Part shown: positions 1 to 12,519 of the stretch, in pieces
How positions within the stretch are numbered: the first letter of the stretch is position 1
Layout of the letters: each line of letters starts with the position of its first letter
Assembly: GCA_951406725.2 (NCBI GenBank)
Contig: OX597817.1
Location: 8,680,001 to 8,744,000 of the forward strand
Direction of reading: 5' to 3'
DNA: 64,000 nucleotides
Source: Octopus vulgaris
Lineage: Eukaryota
Program-made: the position numbers and the translations under genes
The notes under the pieces: generated by a model
Seen by the model: only the letters and a program-made list of their open reading frames with translations
Told to the model about the DNA's origin: nothing
Databases searched by the model: none

Positions 1-394
1 ACTTACAACCACACGAACATATACAAACGTATATGGGACCACATTTATATCTTATGCTTGAGTGCGTATGTACTTACACGCCAAAACATAAATATACACG
101 CATATTATTATTATTATATTATTATTATTATTATTATTATTATTGTCAGCATGGTTTTGATATTTATTTGTCTGGTGATACAAAAATATACACGCTTCCA
201 GGGAAAGTGTATAGTGTTTTCCATGTATACGCGTGTACGCTTGTGTGTTGGCGTGTTGGTGTCGGAAAGATTGTGTAAGGATACAAGAATGCTTCGGGGA
301 AACTAGGTTACCTAAGAGTGCAAAATCATAAGGAATGTCTGTGTACATGTACATGCGTATTTGTATGAGTGTATATGTGTGTGTACACACACAT

Positions 395-449
<55 letters not shown>

Positions 450-489
450 TGTGTGTGTGTATATATATGTATGTATGTATATATAACTT

Positions 490-651
490 TATTAATAAAG
501 CTTCAAAGACATCACAAAAACTGTTACCCAGAGTTTCCCGTCCCCGTTCGCCAGACAGTTTTGGTTTAGATTTTAAACAAAATCGCCCGTCTAGCGGGAA
601 CGTGAAACTCTGGGTTACTGTTTTGTGATGTTTTCGCAGCTTTATTAATAA
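490..651. mobile_element. Foldback (inverted pair) of a Penelope-like pLTR fragment carrying a hammerhead motif
   Basis: Arms TTATTAATAAAGCT..CATCACAAAA..CCCAGAGTTTC (from 490) and GAAACTCTGGG..TTTTGTGATG..AGCTTTATTAATAA (to 651) are imperfect reverse complements; lies next to (TA)n. Confidence 0.6.
517..562 (-). ncRNA. Minimal type I hammerhead ribozyme-like motif (A6G core variant)
   Basis: Minus strand AAAACUGU-CUGGCGA-ACG ggga CGG-GAA-ACUCuGGGU-A-ACAGUUUU: 8-bp stem I, GUA triplet. Confidence 0.6.
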
Positions 652-754
652 CGCACATTACTCTACCTCCCGTATTCGAATACTATTTGTTTCCGTCTAG
701 TTTCGCATTTATGGGCTTACTCTGGTATATATATATTCTTTTACTCTTTTTTTT

Positions 755-960
755 TCTTTTACTTGTTTCAGTCATTTGACTGCGGCCATGCTGGAGCACC
801 GCCTTTAATCGAGCAACTCGACCCCGGGACTTATTCTTTTGTAAGCCCAGTAATTATTCCATTGGTCTCTTTCGCCGAACCGCTAATTGACGGAGACATA
901 AACACACCAGCATCGGTTGTCGAGCAATGCTAGGTGGACAAACACAGACACACAAACATA
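755..960 (-). mobile_element. SINE family A, 3' portion
   Basis: Matches recurrent TTTCAGTCATTTGACTGCGGCCATGCTGGAGCACCGCC tail seen many times in the window. Confidence 0.85.
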
Positions 961-1139
961 CCGCCTTACTTAATCTGTAGTGTTTTGCAAGTGCTAACGA
1001 TGATGCGGTAGAGTAGAGCAAATAAAGAAAGGATACAAGGGTAATATTTGAGAGAGAAAAAAAAACAATATGAAGGTTAGTGTGCTGCAGTAGAGATATA
1101 GGAAATGACGTGTTGCGACAATAAACAAAGGCATTGGTT

Positions 1140-1342
1140 TCAAATATTGGCACAAGGCCAGCAAGTTTGGGGGAGGAGTTAATTCGATTACAGTGCTCAA
1201 CTGGTATTTATTTTATCGACCCTTTAAAGACAAAAAGCAGAGTCGACCCCGGCGGAATTTGACCTCATAACGTCCAGATGGACGAAATGACGTTAAGTAA
1301 CTTTGCCCATCTTGCTAACAATTCTGCCAGTTCGCTGCCTTA
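1140..1342 (-). mobile_element. SINE family B (Nin-like central domain), diverged monomer
   Basis: Similar to AAGGCGGCGAGCTGGCAGAA..GTTCAAATTCCGCCG..GGTCGATAAA..TACCAG consensus of other copies. Confidence 0.75.
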
Positions 1343-2363
1343 ACGTTTATCTATCTGTCGGCTGTTCTTTTATAGTGATAACGATTTCTTTGGACCCTTC
1401 TTACTGTTCCACCTCTCCATGTTGCCGATATTTATCGGCCCTGGGATAGTTGGTGGTTTAATAGCTAAGACAAACCTCACTTAGATAAGAGCTTTAAACT
1501 GCAGCATTTTTAATTTGGATTAAGAAAAATGTGCATGAGAGCACATCTCGACAAAAACAATCTCCATAGACCCCGTAATTCCTTCACAGACACACACATA
1601 CACGCACAGAGGCATAAATTCACAAACACACACTCTCACACATACAAGCACACATCATACATCCTTGATTAAAATGAAAACCTATAAAAAGTTTTGTTTG
1701 TCTTTCAAAATATGAGCATTTGAAACGAACTTTACAAATATTTTTTTTACTATTATTTTTAATGTATTTGTTTCAGGAAGTAGAATTATTTTATTCCACT
1801 ACTAAAGCTAATCCTCAGTGAGTTTAGCATGATTAACTTTTAATCCTTTTAATATCACTGTTGTTTTAAATCATTTTAATCTTACAATCAGACAGTTTTC
1901 TCAGTGGTTTCTACCACTTTCCCCTGAACTGCTGTAAAATTAAAATTCCTTGTTTTATTTTTTAATTCCTGAATTCGGCTTCTACTTGCTGATCTGCCAT
2001 AGTTGTTCAATAGAGGTCAAATCTGAAGATATTCTTGACTAATAAACACATCAGCTTCATGATATTGGAGAATGGTTTCTGTTTAATTTAGGAAGACAAG
2101 CAAGAACGTTGCTGTATTGAACTTGCTTGTTCATATCTAATGTTTATGGGTTGTTCTATAAATGGTAATTTCGTAAAATGCCTTTCTGGTAGAAGCTTTC
2201 TCGTTGGGTATCCATTTAAATGCTGCATCATCCTACTTACTTGTGATTCTTGTTATTTAGCCGCTGATCAACTCTGAACGTGCTTGACCGTGATAAAAAC
2301 GCATTGCAGTCGTGACCAGGGTGTCTAATTGAATAATTTATCTAAAGCTATTTTTAAGAAATA

Positions 2364-2740
2364 CAAGGTACATTCTAGAAGATTTGAAGCATTTTCAGGA
2401 AAAGCGTTTATCAATTTCAAAGAAGTACTCTCTAATCTCCTTCAAAGTAGAATCCTCTGACTTTACTTTCCTTTGTGAAGGCCTTTGAAAGTCCTCCAAA
2501 GTGAAGGCATCCAGGACCTTTGTCATAGCCTCCTTCATCCTCTTCTTCAGATTAGGGAACAACTAAAGGTTACAGGGAGGAGAGCCTGGGCTCTAGGAAA
2601 GCTAAGGGACAGTAATGATGTCCATCTCCGTCAAGTAGTTGGTTACCAGGATGGAAATGTGGATTAGTACATTGTCCTAGTGCAGGTGTTGCTATGCTTT
2701 AATTTTTGAGGGGGATTTCGCTATTATTTCAAGCGACCAC
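2364..2740 (-). mobile_element. mariner transposon remnant (3' part of transposase plus TIR)
   Basis: Minus strand reads ..SPGSPPCNL*LFPNLKKRMKEAMTKVLDAFTLEDFQ, resembling mariner YSPDLAPxDFxLFPxLK; TA then CAAGGTACATTCTAGAAG end matches the TIR ending at 29914. Confidence 0.6.
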
Positions 2741-2805
2741 GTTGAGAATCCGTATCTAGCTCTGTACTAGCAAATGGTGAATAGCAATTAATAATTGGGT
2801 TGTCA

Positions 2806-3020
2806 AAGGCGGCGAGAAGGCAGAATTGTTAGTAAGCCGGGCAAAATGCTTTGCGGTATTTCGTCCGGTTTTACGTTCTGAGCTCAAACGCCTCCGAGTT
2901 GACTTTGCTTTTCGTCCTTTCGGGGTGAATAAATTAAGTACCAGTTACGCACTGAGGTCGATGTAATCGACTTACACCTCTCCTTCGATCTTGTTGGCTT
3001 TGTACTAAAAATGGAAACTA
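2806..3020 (+). mobile_element. SINE family B monomer
   Basis: AAGGCGGCGAG head, CCTTTCGGGGTGAATAAATTAAGTACCAG domain. Confidence 0.8.
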
Positions 3021-3689
3021 ATATATGGACATACATGTGCTACAATGTGAAGACAGCTGAAACAGTTTGCGAACAATAGTAGGAACCTAACCACAATAGT
3101 AAATCCGAATACACTATGCATAAAGGTATAAATATTCCCCATTCAGATCTACCATATATGCATATGCATATATGAGGAAATATAACCCAGCTGAGCACTA
3201 GGGTCGATGTAATCGTCTTACCCACTCCCCAGAACTTACTAGCCTTGTGCCTAAATCTGAAGCCAATAACTAGGTTTTCTAATTTTCTTTCAGTCAGCAT
3301 CTTTATAAATGAATTGAATTGAAAACCTTTAATGTAAAGAGAAAGAGATATTTTACTACTTGGTATGAGACAAATGTTTACTTTAAACACTGACAGCCAT
3401 TAAACATAATTTGGATACTTGGCAATAATTATATAAGACGAGAAGACAAATAATAAACATTAATTAAATTTCCTTTAATAAATCGAATCGAAGCAATAAA
3501 TTTGTGGACAAGGAAAACAGTGGAAACGAACGACTACAAATATAAATAAAAGACCATGTCAAATTAAAAAATAATTACATGAACAGAGTAATTAAATTAT
3601 AAATAACGAAACCGTATTTCAACAGGAATTATTTAGTATTTGTTGCAAATAAGGCATTGTTCAAGGGCTTCACATTTTAGAAATTGCGT

Positions 3690-4222
3690 GTGCATGTGTA
3701 TGTATGCATTATGTATGTATGTATGTATGTATGTATGTATGTATGTATGTATGTATGTATGTATGTATGTATGTACATGTGTGTATGTATGTACAATTGT
3801 GTGTACGTATGTGCATTTGTATGTATGTATGTATTCATGTATGCATGTGTGTGTATGTATGAATGTATGAATGTATGTATGCCTGCATGTGTATAACCGC
3901 TTGTTCAAGTGCTGCAAATTTTAGAAATCACGTTTTCATGTGTGTGTATGTATGTATGTATGTATGTATGTATGTATGTATCTATGTATGTATGTATGTA
4001 TGTATGTATGATGTATGTATGGATGGATGGATGGATGGATGGACTGATCGATGTAGGCATGTATGGATGGATGTGAGTATATGTATTTATGTATGCATGC
4101 ATAGATATATATATATATATATGTGTGTGTGTATGGGCATTTGCATGTATGTGTGGATATTTATATGCATGCATGTATGATGTATGTATATGATGTATGT
4201 ATGCATATACGTATATATATAT

Positions 4223-4254
<32 letters not shown>

Positions 4255-4286
4255 GTAAATATGTATATATGTATGTATATGTATTG

Positions 4287-4328
<42 letters not shown>

Positions 4329-4451
4329 TACACACACACATATATTTTATTTTTACTTATTTCAGTCGACTGCTGCCATGCTGGAGCACCGCCCTATTTA
4401 TACTATGTATGTGTGTGTGTGTGAGTGTGTACAAATACGTACATGTATACA

Positions 4452-4482
<31 letters not shown>

Positions 4483-5415
4483 GCACACACACTCACACAT
4501 ATATCACATATCGTTATGCATCAAGCCAGAAGAAACATACTTGACGCGTTCACACGTAACCAAACATTTGAATAACATCGTGCACTGGTGCTACCGTATC
4601 TGCACCGGAAGTGCACTCAGGTAGTCAGCCAGTAGCAACTCTACTGTAGACGTGCAGCACGTGAACGCCAGTTTGGATGTACAGGAATGCATTCTACCGA
4701 TATCAATTGGATCAATAAAGCCTTATTCTGATGAATAAGCTGCAACACACGGCAGCAGACAGGCAGAGACACACAGATACATATCTGCGCATGACACATG
4801 CGTATACATCCTACATGCGCACCTACATGCGCATGCACCGTTTAGATGCGCAAAAATCCGAGGCAAAAGTGACGCCTTGTGTGCAAATACGCACACACAC
4901 AAACACACACACAAACACACACAAACACACACAAACACACACACACACACATACAAACACACACGCACACACATATACAAACACACACACACACACATAT
5001 AAACACACACACATACATACAAACACACACACACATACAAACACACACACACACATACAAACACATACACACATACAAACACACACACACACACACACAT
5101 ACAAACACACACACACACACACACACACATACAAACACACACATACAAACACACACACACATACAAACACACAAACACACACATAGAAACACACACACAC
5201 ACATACAAACACACACGCACACACATATACAAACACACACATATAAACACACACACACACACAAACACACACAAACACACACACACACATACAAACACAC
5301 ACGCACACACATATACAAACACACACACACACACATATAAACACACACATACAAACACACACAAACACACACACACACAAACAGACAGACACATACACAC
5401 ATACAAACACACACA

Positions 5416-5467
<52 letters not shown>

Positions 5468-5542
5468 CATACATACAAACACACACAAACACACACACAC
5501 ACAAAACAGACAGACACATACACACATACAAACACACACACA

Positions 5543-5578
<36 letters not shown>

Positions 5579-5662
5579 CACACATACAAACACACACACA
5601 CACACAAACACACACATACAAACACACACATACACACACACACACACACATACACACACACA

Positions 5663-5710
<48 letters not shown>

Positions 5711-5712
5711 GC
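3690..5712. repeat. Microsatellite field: (TATG)n, (TA)n and ~830 bp degenerate (CA)n/CAAACA array
   Basis: Direct inspection. Confidence 0.95.
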
Positions 5713-5794
5713 TAGATAGTTTGAGTGATAGATATAGGTACATGGATACAGGCAAGGAATTTTAAATATTTATTATACTCATGTTATTTTTACT

Positions 5795-6355
5795 TTTCTT
5801 CTCTCGGTACAAGGCTCGAGATTTTGGGGGAGGTGGCCGTCGATTAGATCGACTCCAGTACACAACTGGTACTTAATTTATCGACCCGAAAGGATAAAAG
5901 GCAAAGTCGACCTCGGCGGAATTTGAATTCAGAACGTAAAGACAGACGAAATACTTATTTCTTTACTACCCACAAGGGGCTAAACACAGAGGGGACAAAC
6001 AAGGATGACAGACAAACGGATTAAGTCGATTATATCGACCCCAGTGCGTAACTGGTACTTAGTTTACCGACCCCGAAAGGATAAAAGGCAAAGTCGACCT
6101 CGGCGGAATTTGAACTCAGAACGTAAAAACAGACGAAATACTTATTTCTTTACTACCCACAAGGGGCTAAACTTAGAGGGGACAAACAAGGACAGACAAA
6201 CATGTTAAGTCGATTATATCGACTATAGTGCGTAACTGGTACTTATTTAATCGATCCCGAAAGGATGAAAGGCAAAGTCGACCTCGGCGGAGTTTGAACT
6301 CAGAACATAAAGACAGACGAAATACTGCTAAACATTTCGCCCGGCGTGCTAACGT
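5795..6355 (-). mobile_element. SINE family B tandem trimer
   Basis: Three ~180-bp units sharing one head (near 6350) and one distinct tail (near 5800). Confidence 0.85.
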
Positions 6356-6700
6356 TTTATTCATAAAAAATACTAATAACATAGAAATAGTTTGTGTTTT
6401 ATAAACATGGACAGGATGTGTTTTCGATGTTCAAATATTTCACTGGTATTTTATTTTAGCGACGACGGGGAGACGAAAAACGAAGTTGACTCTCATGTAG
6501 TTTGAACTCAACCTAAAGAGCCAGAACTAAGTAAATGATAATACTTGCATCCACATGAACACATTACTTCAGAGACATACGCACAAATACAAACATATGT
6601 ATGTACACACACACACACACACCTACACACATAGATATATGCAAATACATACACACACATTTATAAAAACATGTATATAGATACATACATAAATACATAA

Positions 6701-6733
<33 letters not shown>

Positions 6734-6734
<1 letters not shown>

Positions 6735-6925
6735 CGGAGATGTACTTGCATAGCAAGTGATTTGATCTGAGATTGTGTGCAGCGTGGAAGGTATTTATAA
6801 GCCATTTAAGAAACGCACAGAAGCCGTTGGATTCACTTCAACATTTAAATTTAATTTGTCAAAATATTTTCGTCGCTTTAAGGCCGCGACCTGTTCACTG
6901 ACAAAATCCGTGCTGCATATATTGT
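6734..6925 (-). mobile_element. Penelope-like pLTR fragment within (TA)n
   Basis: Flanked by (TA)n on both sides; homologous to 51918-52275; contains hammerhead-like fold. Confidence 0.6.
6855..6905 (-). ncRNA. Minimal hammerhead ribozyme-like motif with G3-C8 swapped core
   Basis: UUUGUCA-GUGAACA-g-GUCGC..GCGAC-GAA-AAUAUU-U-UGACAAA: 7-bp stem I, 5-bp stem II, palindromic stem III. Confidence 0.65.
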
Positions 6926-6984
<59 letters not shown>

Positions 6985-6994
6985 ATTCATGCTC

Positions 6995-7370
6995 TTATTA
7001 CCTCCGCCTTTGCTAAGGCGGAGGTATTGTTTCCATTCCTGTTTGCTTGTTTTTTTGTTGGTTTGTTCGTTTGTTTGTTTGTCCATGGACAAGATATCTC
7101 AAGAACCACTGGATGGATTCGGATGAAACTTTCAGAGATTTTTGGCCTCGTGACGTGTACGAACTGATTAGATTTTGGGACCGACCCAGTACCGGCCAAG
7201 GATTCTAGATTATTTTTCTGATCATTTTTTAAAATTTATTTTTGAGAGCGGTTGGGTTCATTTTTCACATTCTCGTTTGGGAGAGCAAAATGTCATCTCT
7301 GACTATTCGTTGAGAGGACGCTGGCGCTGCCTTGGCTGAGGTCTGCGCTCTCTCAGTGCTCTTGTTCTAT
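6995..7370 (+). mobile_element. Helentron-associated non-autonomous element (HINE/DINE-1-like)
   Basis: 5' TTATTACCTCCGCC..GGCGGAGGTA hairpin, internal (GTTT)n, 3' subterminal GGCTGAGGT inverted copy followed by GCGCTCTCTCAGTGC hairpin. Confidence 0.75.
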
Positions 7371-8039
7371 TCATTTAATGCCTATCAGCACAAAGGCTGC
7401 AGCCATGCTGGAGTACTGCCAATGTAATCACCTATCCGTGGCCTCTCCAGGAGCTTTCATATGTATATCACTGCATGAAACTCCCGTCTTCGACAAACAT
7501 TAGGCCTCACGTTAGATGGTTCGGATCGTACCAGGGATGCCACCGGTGAGTTTTTCCATCCAGATCTGGGGTTTTTTTTTTTAGCAATGATGGGTTTATG
7601 GGGTTTAATTTCCAAATTTATATTAAATCTGTGTTTTTAAGTTAGTTTTGGTTGCAAACTTATCTTTTAAAGAGAATTCGGTGTCATACTCTTTGTATGC
7701 AATATGTACCAAAGTTGCAACTCTTCTAATACTTTGTAAACTTTGTATATATCATCCATAATCATCTCACGTAAGGAATTTATCGATATGAATGTGATGT
7801 AATTACCGACCGTACGCATTCATTATTTGTTTATACTTCTATTATATCGGGCAACTACAAGTGACAACGCGTTGGTGACCTCTTGTGCACTTGTCTGAAA
7901 CTCTGAAACCGCCAGTTGACAGCTTGGCTGTGTTGGTGGTGTACGCTTTGATTGTTACTCGCGATTTAAAATTTGTCTAACAACATTTTGAGTGAGTATT
8001 TTTGTCTTCGTAACCCTTTGCGAAGTAATGGCAGACAAT

Positions 8040-10490
8040 AGTATGTCCAAAAAAAAAAAGGAAGCGGTACACCCAAAATTTCAGGGAGTCGTGATTGGAG
8101 GATGCTGAGCTTAAAAATTGGTTACGGCAAGATGATAAACATCTTAACACCTGTTACTGCGTTTGTTGCAACGTTGTGTTGAAAAATGCTAACAAATCAA
8201 TGCTGATAGCTCATAAAAACACTGTCAAACACAAGAAAGCTTTTAAATGAGCGAAATCTGCTATTAAATTAGATTCATTTATTGTTAAAAAAAAACAGAT
8301 GATACATTAAATGAAAAAGTAGCTAAGGCAGACTTGCTTCTAACAGGTCATGTTGCTGAATATCACGTACTTTTTGTACATATAAATCACTTAGCAGAAA
8401 TTTGTAAAAAGGCCTTTGCCGATAGTAAAATAGCTGAAAATTTACAAATGTAAAAAATATAATTAACATACTCCTAGGCGTAGGAGTGGCTGTGTGGTAA
8501 GTAGCTTGCTTACCAACCACATGATTCCGGGTTCAGTCCCACTGCGTGGCACCTTAGGCAAGTGTCTTCTACTATAGCCTCGGATCGTCCAAAGTCTTAT
8601 GAGTGGATTTGGTAGAAGGAAACTGAAAGAAGTTCGTCGTATATATGTGTGTGTGTGTGTATGATTGTGTGTCTGTGTTTGTCCCCCCAACATCGTTTGA
8701 CAACCGATGCTGGTGTGTTTACGTCCCCGTAACTTAGCGGTTCGACAAAAGAGACCGATAGAATAAGTACTAGGCTTACAAAGAATAAGTCCTGGGGTCG
8801 ATTTTCTCGACTAAATGCGGTGCTCCAGCGTGGCCACAGTCAAATGACTGAAACAAGTAAAAGAGAGAGTAAAGAGTATACACTGTACAAGACGGAATTG
8901 CACATTATGAACGAAATGAAATCTCGGAAATTCTCAAAAAACAAGAGTTTTCGTTATTGGTAGATGAGAGTAGAGACATCTCAGTGACACAAATCTTAGC
9001 AACATTTGAATAATCGCTTAATGTCAAGGATATTCTTCGGGATGTAATTGTATTAGAGAATGGTTCGTCTCAGGGTGGGTTTGTACGATGCTGTCAAGAC
9101 TGCGTTCACAAAAGAAGATGTATCTTTGAGCAACATACTTGGATTTACCAGCGATAATTGCTCAACAATGATGGGTAAGAAAACCGAGTTTCAAGTTATT
9201 GAGAAACGATATTCCGACTGTATTTACAAAACGCTGTGTTTGCCATTCGTTTGCACTTTGCTCAGGTCATGCAGTGAAGGTGTTACCTTCGTATTTCGAG
9301 TCCTTTTTAAAAGACTTAACTTCTTACTTTTCTCGAAGTAGCAAACGTCAAAATGACTTCAGTATGATACGAAGTGTTGTTGGCACAAAAGAAAACAAAA
9401 TTCCAAAGCTTCCACAAACTAAGTGGTTGTCGTGTGAAAATGTAATTAACATTATAATAGAATAGCGGGATACCCTTGTACTTTATTTCAGTCAGAGGCT
9501 AAAGTAGAAAAAGTGGACAGAGCAAAAAGGATCTATGAAACAATGATTAACAAAGGGATGAAGCTGCTCTTCTTACATTATATATTAAAGAAAGTAAATG
9601 CTCTCAATGACGAGTTTCAATCGGAATGCTTTCGACTACATCTGTTCCATACACTCGTATCCAGTGAATACAAAAGTATCCTCAGTTGCTTTATAAAAGA
9701 GGATGTTTTAGCTATATCTAAGTTATTAGATATTGATCTTAATAACATAACAAATCACAAATATATGAGTGATATTTACCTCGGTGGACGCACAATGAGA
9801 TTTTTAGAACAAAACCCATCGTTGGTGACTCAGCTAGATTCAACACTGATTGCAAAGATATTTTAATAGAATTATGCTCTCAGATAAAAATGCGCTTTCT
9901 CTCGATGAAGCTGGGGTGTTTTCCCTCTTAGAAACATCTGATCCAAAAATAGCATGCGATCTCAATAACTCTCCTCAATCCATAATTCCCTTGGCATCAA
10001 ACTTTCCACCAATTGCACCAGAAAACACACTTGATAAATTAGACAATGAGTGGAGATTATTTCGGCAATATAAAAAAGATATTCCTGTCTCCTCAAAAAG
10101 AATCCCTGAATTCTGGTATTCCATAAGCAATCTTAAAGACGGTCATGACCACACTAAATTTGAGAGGCTGTCATAATTAATTCAACGGTGTTACCTCATT
10201 CATCAGCATGCGTGGAGCGCATATTTTCCCAAGTAAATTACACAAAGACAAAGTTCACTAATTGGTTGAAGGCCAAAACGATCACTGATCGTCTTACTCG
10301 CTAAACAAGCAATTACAAGAAAGGGAGCGTCATGTATTTTTTGGGAGCCGAACGCTAAATTTATTAAAGACGTAGTGAATGGGTCTTGTCATCGTAGATA
10401 TACGGGTAGATTGGACCCCAGAAAAGAAAATGAGACTATCACCATTGAAGGAGTGAATGGAGATGATGTGAATATGCACGAAATTGACAA
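8040..10490 (+). pseudogene. hAT transposase pseudogene (frameshifts, stops, SINE insertion)
   Basis: Zn-finger CYCVCC..H..TVKH (~8150-8235), LLVDESRDIS (~8955), GFTSDNCSTMMG, CVCHSFAL (CxxH), TKWLS, LPHSSACVERIFSQVN dimerisation motif (~10190). Confidence 0.9.
8476..8876 (+). mobile_element. SINE family A, full length, inserted in hAT transposase
   Basis: A box TGGCTGTGTGG, B box GGTTCAGTCCC, internal (TG)n, standard tail. Confidence 0.9.
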
Positions 10491-12519
10491 TTAGCTGCCA
10501 TATGATATAAAGTACTAAATTCTGTGTTCATATTGTCATATAACATTTTATCATTAAATTACCAATTATATACCTATTTTTTAACATCTGGGTTTATAAA
10601 ATAGGATCTGGGTTTTTTTGCAGCAAATAATCTGGGTGTTTTATTATTTGATGAGTGGCAATCCTGGATCGTTTATAGTACGCTTACATAGTCGCGGTGG
10701 AATATTGTTCTTTCCGACGACTATAAAACTTGAAGTAGCTTACCCACAACTTCCGCATTTATTAAATAATGTGAGTGTGTGTGTGTGTGTGTTATGCGTT
10801 ATTGTCTATTAGCACATCAATCACTGTCGTCTTCTAAGCCGTCGACACCGTTACTAGTGTTTCCGGGTCATCTCTGTCTTCGCAAAGATCGTCTTTGATG
10901 CATTTCTGATTTTACACTTTTTTAATGGTAGCGGTCCATCCTCTTTGTTCAGATGCCCGACTGCTGTGTCATTCCCCCAATACTGACTTTGCCTATTAGC
11001 ACACCTGAGCACTTGAACCTTCCAGTTAACGCTACTTAATTACCAACAACCTCCTACTTGTTCAACACTTCTCACATAAAACATTTGACTGGCTTGTTGA
11101 CTAAAAAATCAGGTGGTTATATTTCACAGTGCTCGTTTAGTTTTTGATTGCTCGAGATATTTTTTCCTTGTTTCTGTTTTATGACCTGCTCTAATAATTT
11201 TAGTCTCATCCACAGACTCGGACACATCTACCATTCTTTTTCCACCAACATTTTCAAGCCTCTGCGTCCTTGCAATGCACACGAAGAACACTGGATGGGA
11301 TAATTTCCCTCGGTTTAATTTTCTGTTTAAATATTAAAAGTGGGGTTCTTGCCGTCTTCACAACATTCCAGAATCAGCAGTATTGTCGAATTTTCCATGT
11401 CCAATATTTTATATGACGGTCTTTTGAACAGCTATATTTACTTGACACTACATCAATTATAAACATCATATCATTTATATTGTTTATTTGCTCTAGTTCA
11501 TATTCAATTTCCTTATTGATGTCGTTCTGAGAAACCAGGATTTTTGCTCCATGCTTTTCAAGAATATTCTGTGCAATCTGGGTCTTTATCTTAATCTTAA
11601 GTTATGGGGCTTGATGAAATGATTGCACCAAGATAATGATGCAATCAACTGATATACTACCCTTTTCTGCTAATCCTTTTGCCTCGCACATTATCAACTT
11701 TGTTGAGACTGTATATTCTATAATTCTTTAGTGATACCCCATACTTTTATGTCGTCTTCTTGTGGTATTCTTGCTTCTTTTCGAAGAAATCTATGTGTTT
11801 TCTCTCTCTCTATTTATTTCGTTACCATCCCTTGTTTTCTCCATTCACTAATTACGATTCCCTTATAACTGTGGCCCATTCTATTGTTCAGATACCCGAT
11901 TGTACTGTCGTCTGGTATACCCAACAACTCATTGCATATAACTAATTGTGTGTTATATCTGCTAATGTGTATGCTGTAAAGGGATATTGTCAGCTAAATA
12001 AATAAAATGTCAGCTAACAGTTTGTTCCTATTCAACGGAGCATCAATCACAACAATTAGATTTCTCTTACTGGTGCCGGCAAATCATTGTAAACTTATTT
12101 CTAGTTACTATCAATACACTAAATAACTAATAAGCTTTATAATCATGCTCTTGGTATATTTTTTAATAGATGTAAATTTGCGATTGTCAGCTTATAGTAT
12201 AAGACTGGAGTGCTTGTAAGGGTTTGGCCCAATTGTCAGTCTCTGCTATAACCTGGCTAATATTGTTGTAAGATGCAGGGAGAATTTTGGAGGTTCTTCA
12301 GACAAAAGTTTCTTAGCAACAGGAAATAGCGTGTGAGTGTACGTATGTACACGCACACACACACACTCATACTCACACGCGCACACAAACACGCACACAC
12401 AAACACGCACAAACACACACACATACATATATATACGTATAGAAATATATATTCGGTTCGTCCACCTTTCAAAGGGAAAGATAAGCCATAAGCTTTAAAC
12501 ATAGAGGGATTTATTTAAT

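Larger units (their letters stand above)
7532..10666 (+). mobile_element. hAT-superfamily DNA transposon, near full length, decayed
   Basis: TIRs CAGGGATGCCAC / GTGGCAATCCTG (10/12); 8-bp TSD GATCGTAC / GATCGTTT; subterminal ATCTGGG repeats at both ends. Confidence 0.9.

Noticed and set aside
4723-5755. Long ORFs (287-328 aa) and many similar poly-YI/VC/HT/N/E ORFs across the window
   Set aside because: Translations of stop-free microsatellites
10830-11950. Possible decayed LINE on the minus strand (also 53100-53700 with KIADD)
   Set aside because: Only isolated weak motifs; family and boundaries cannot be defined
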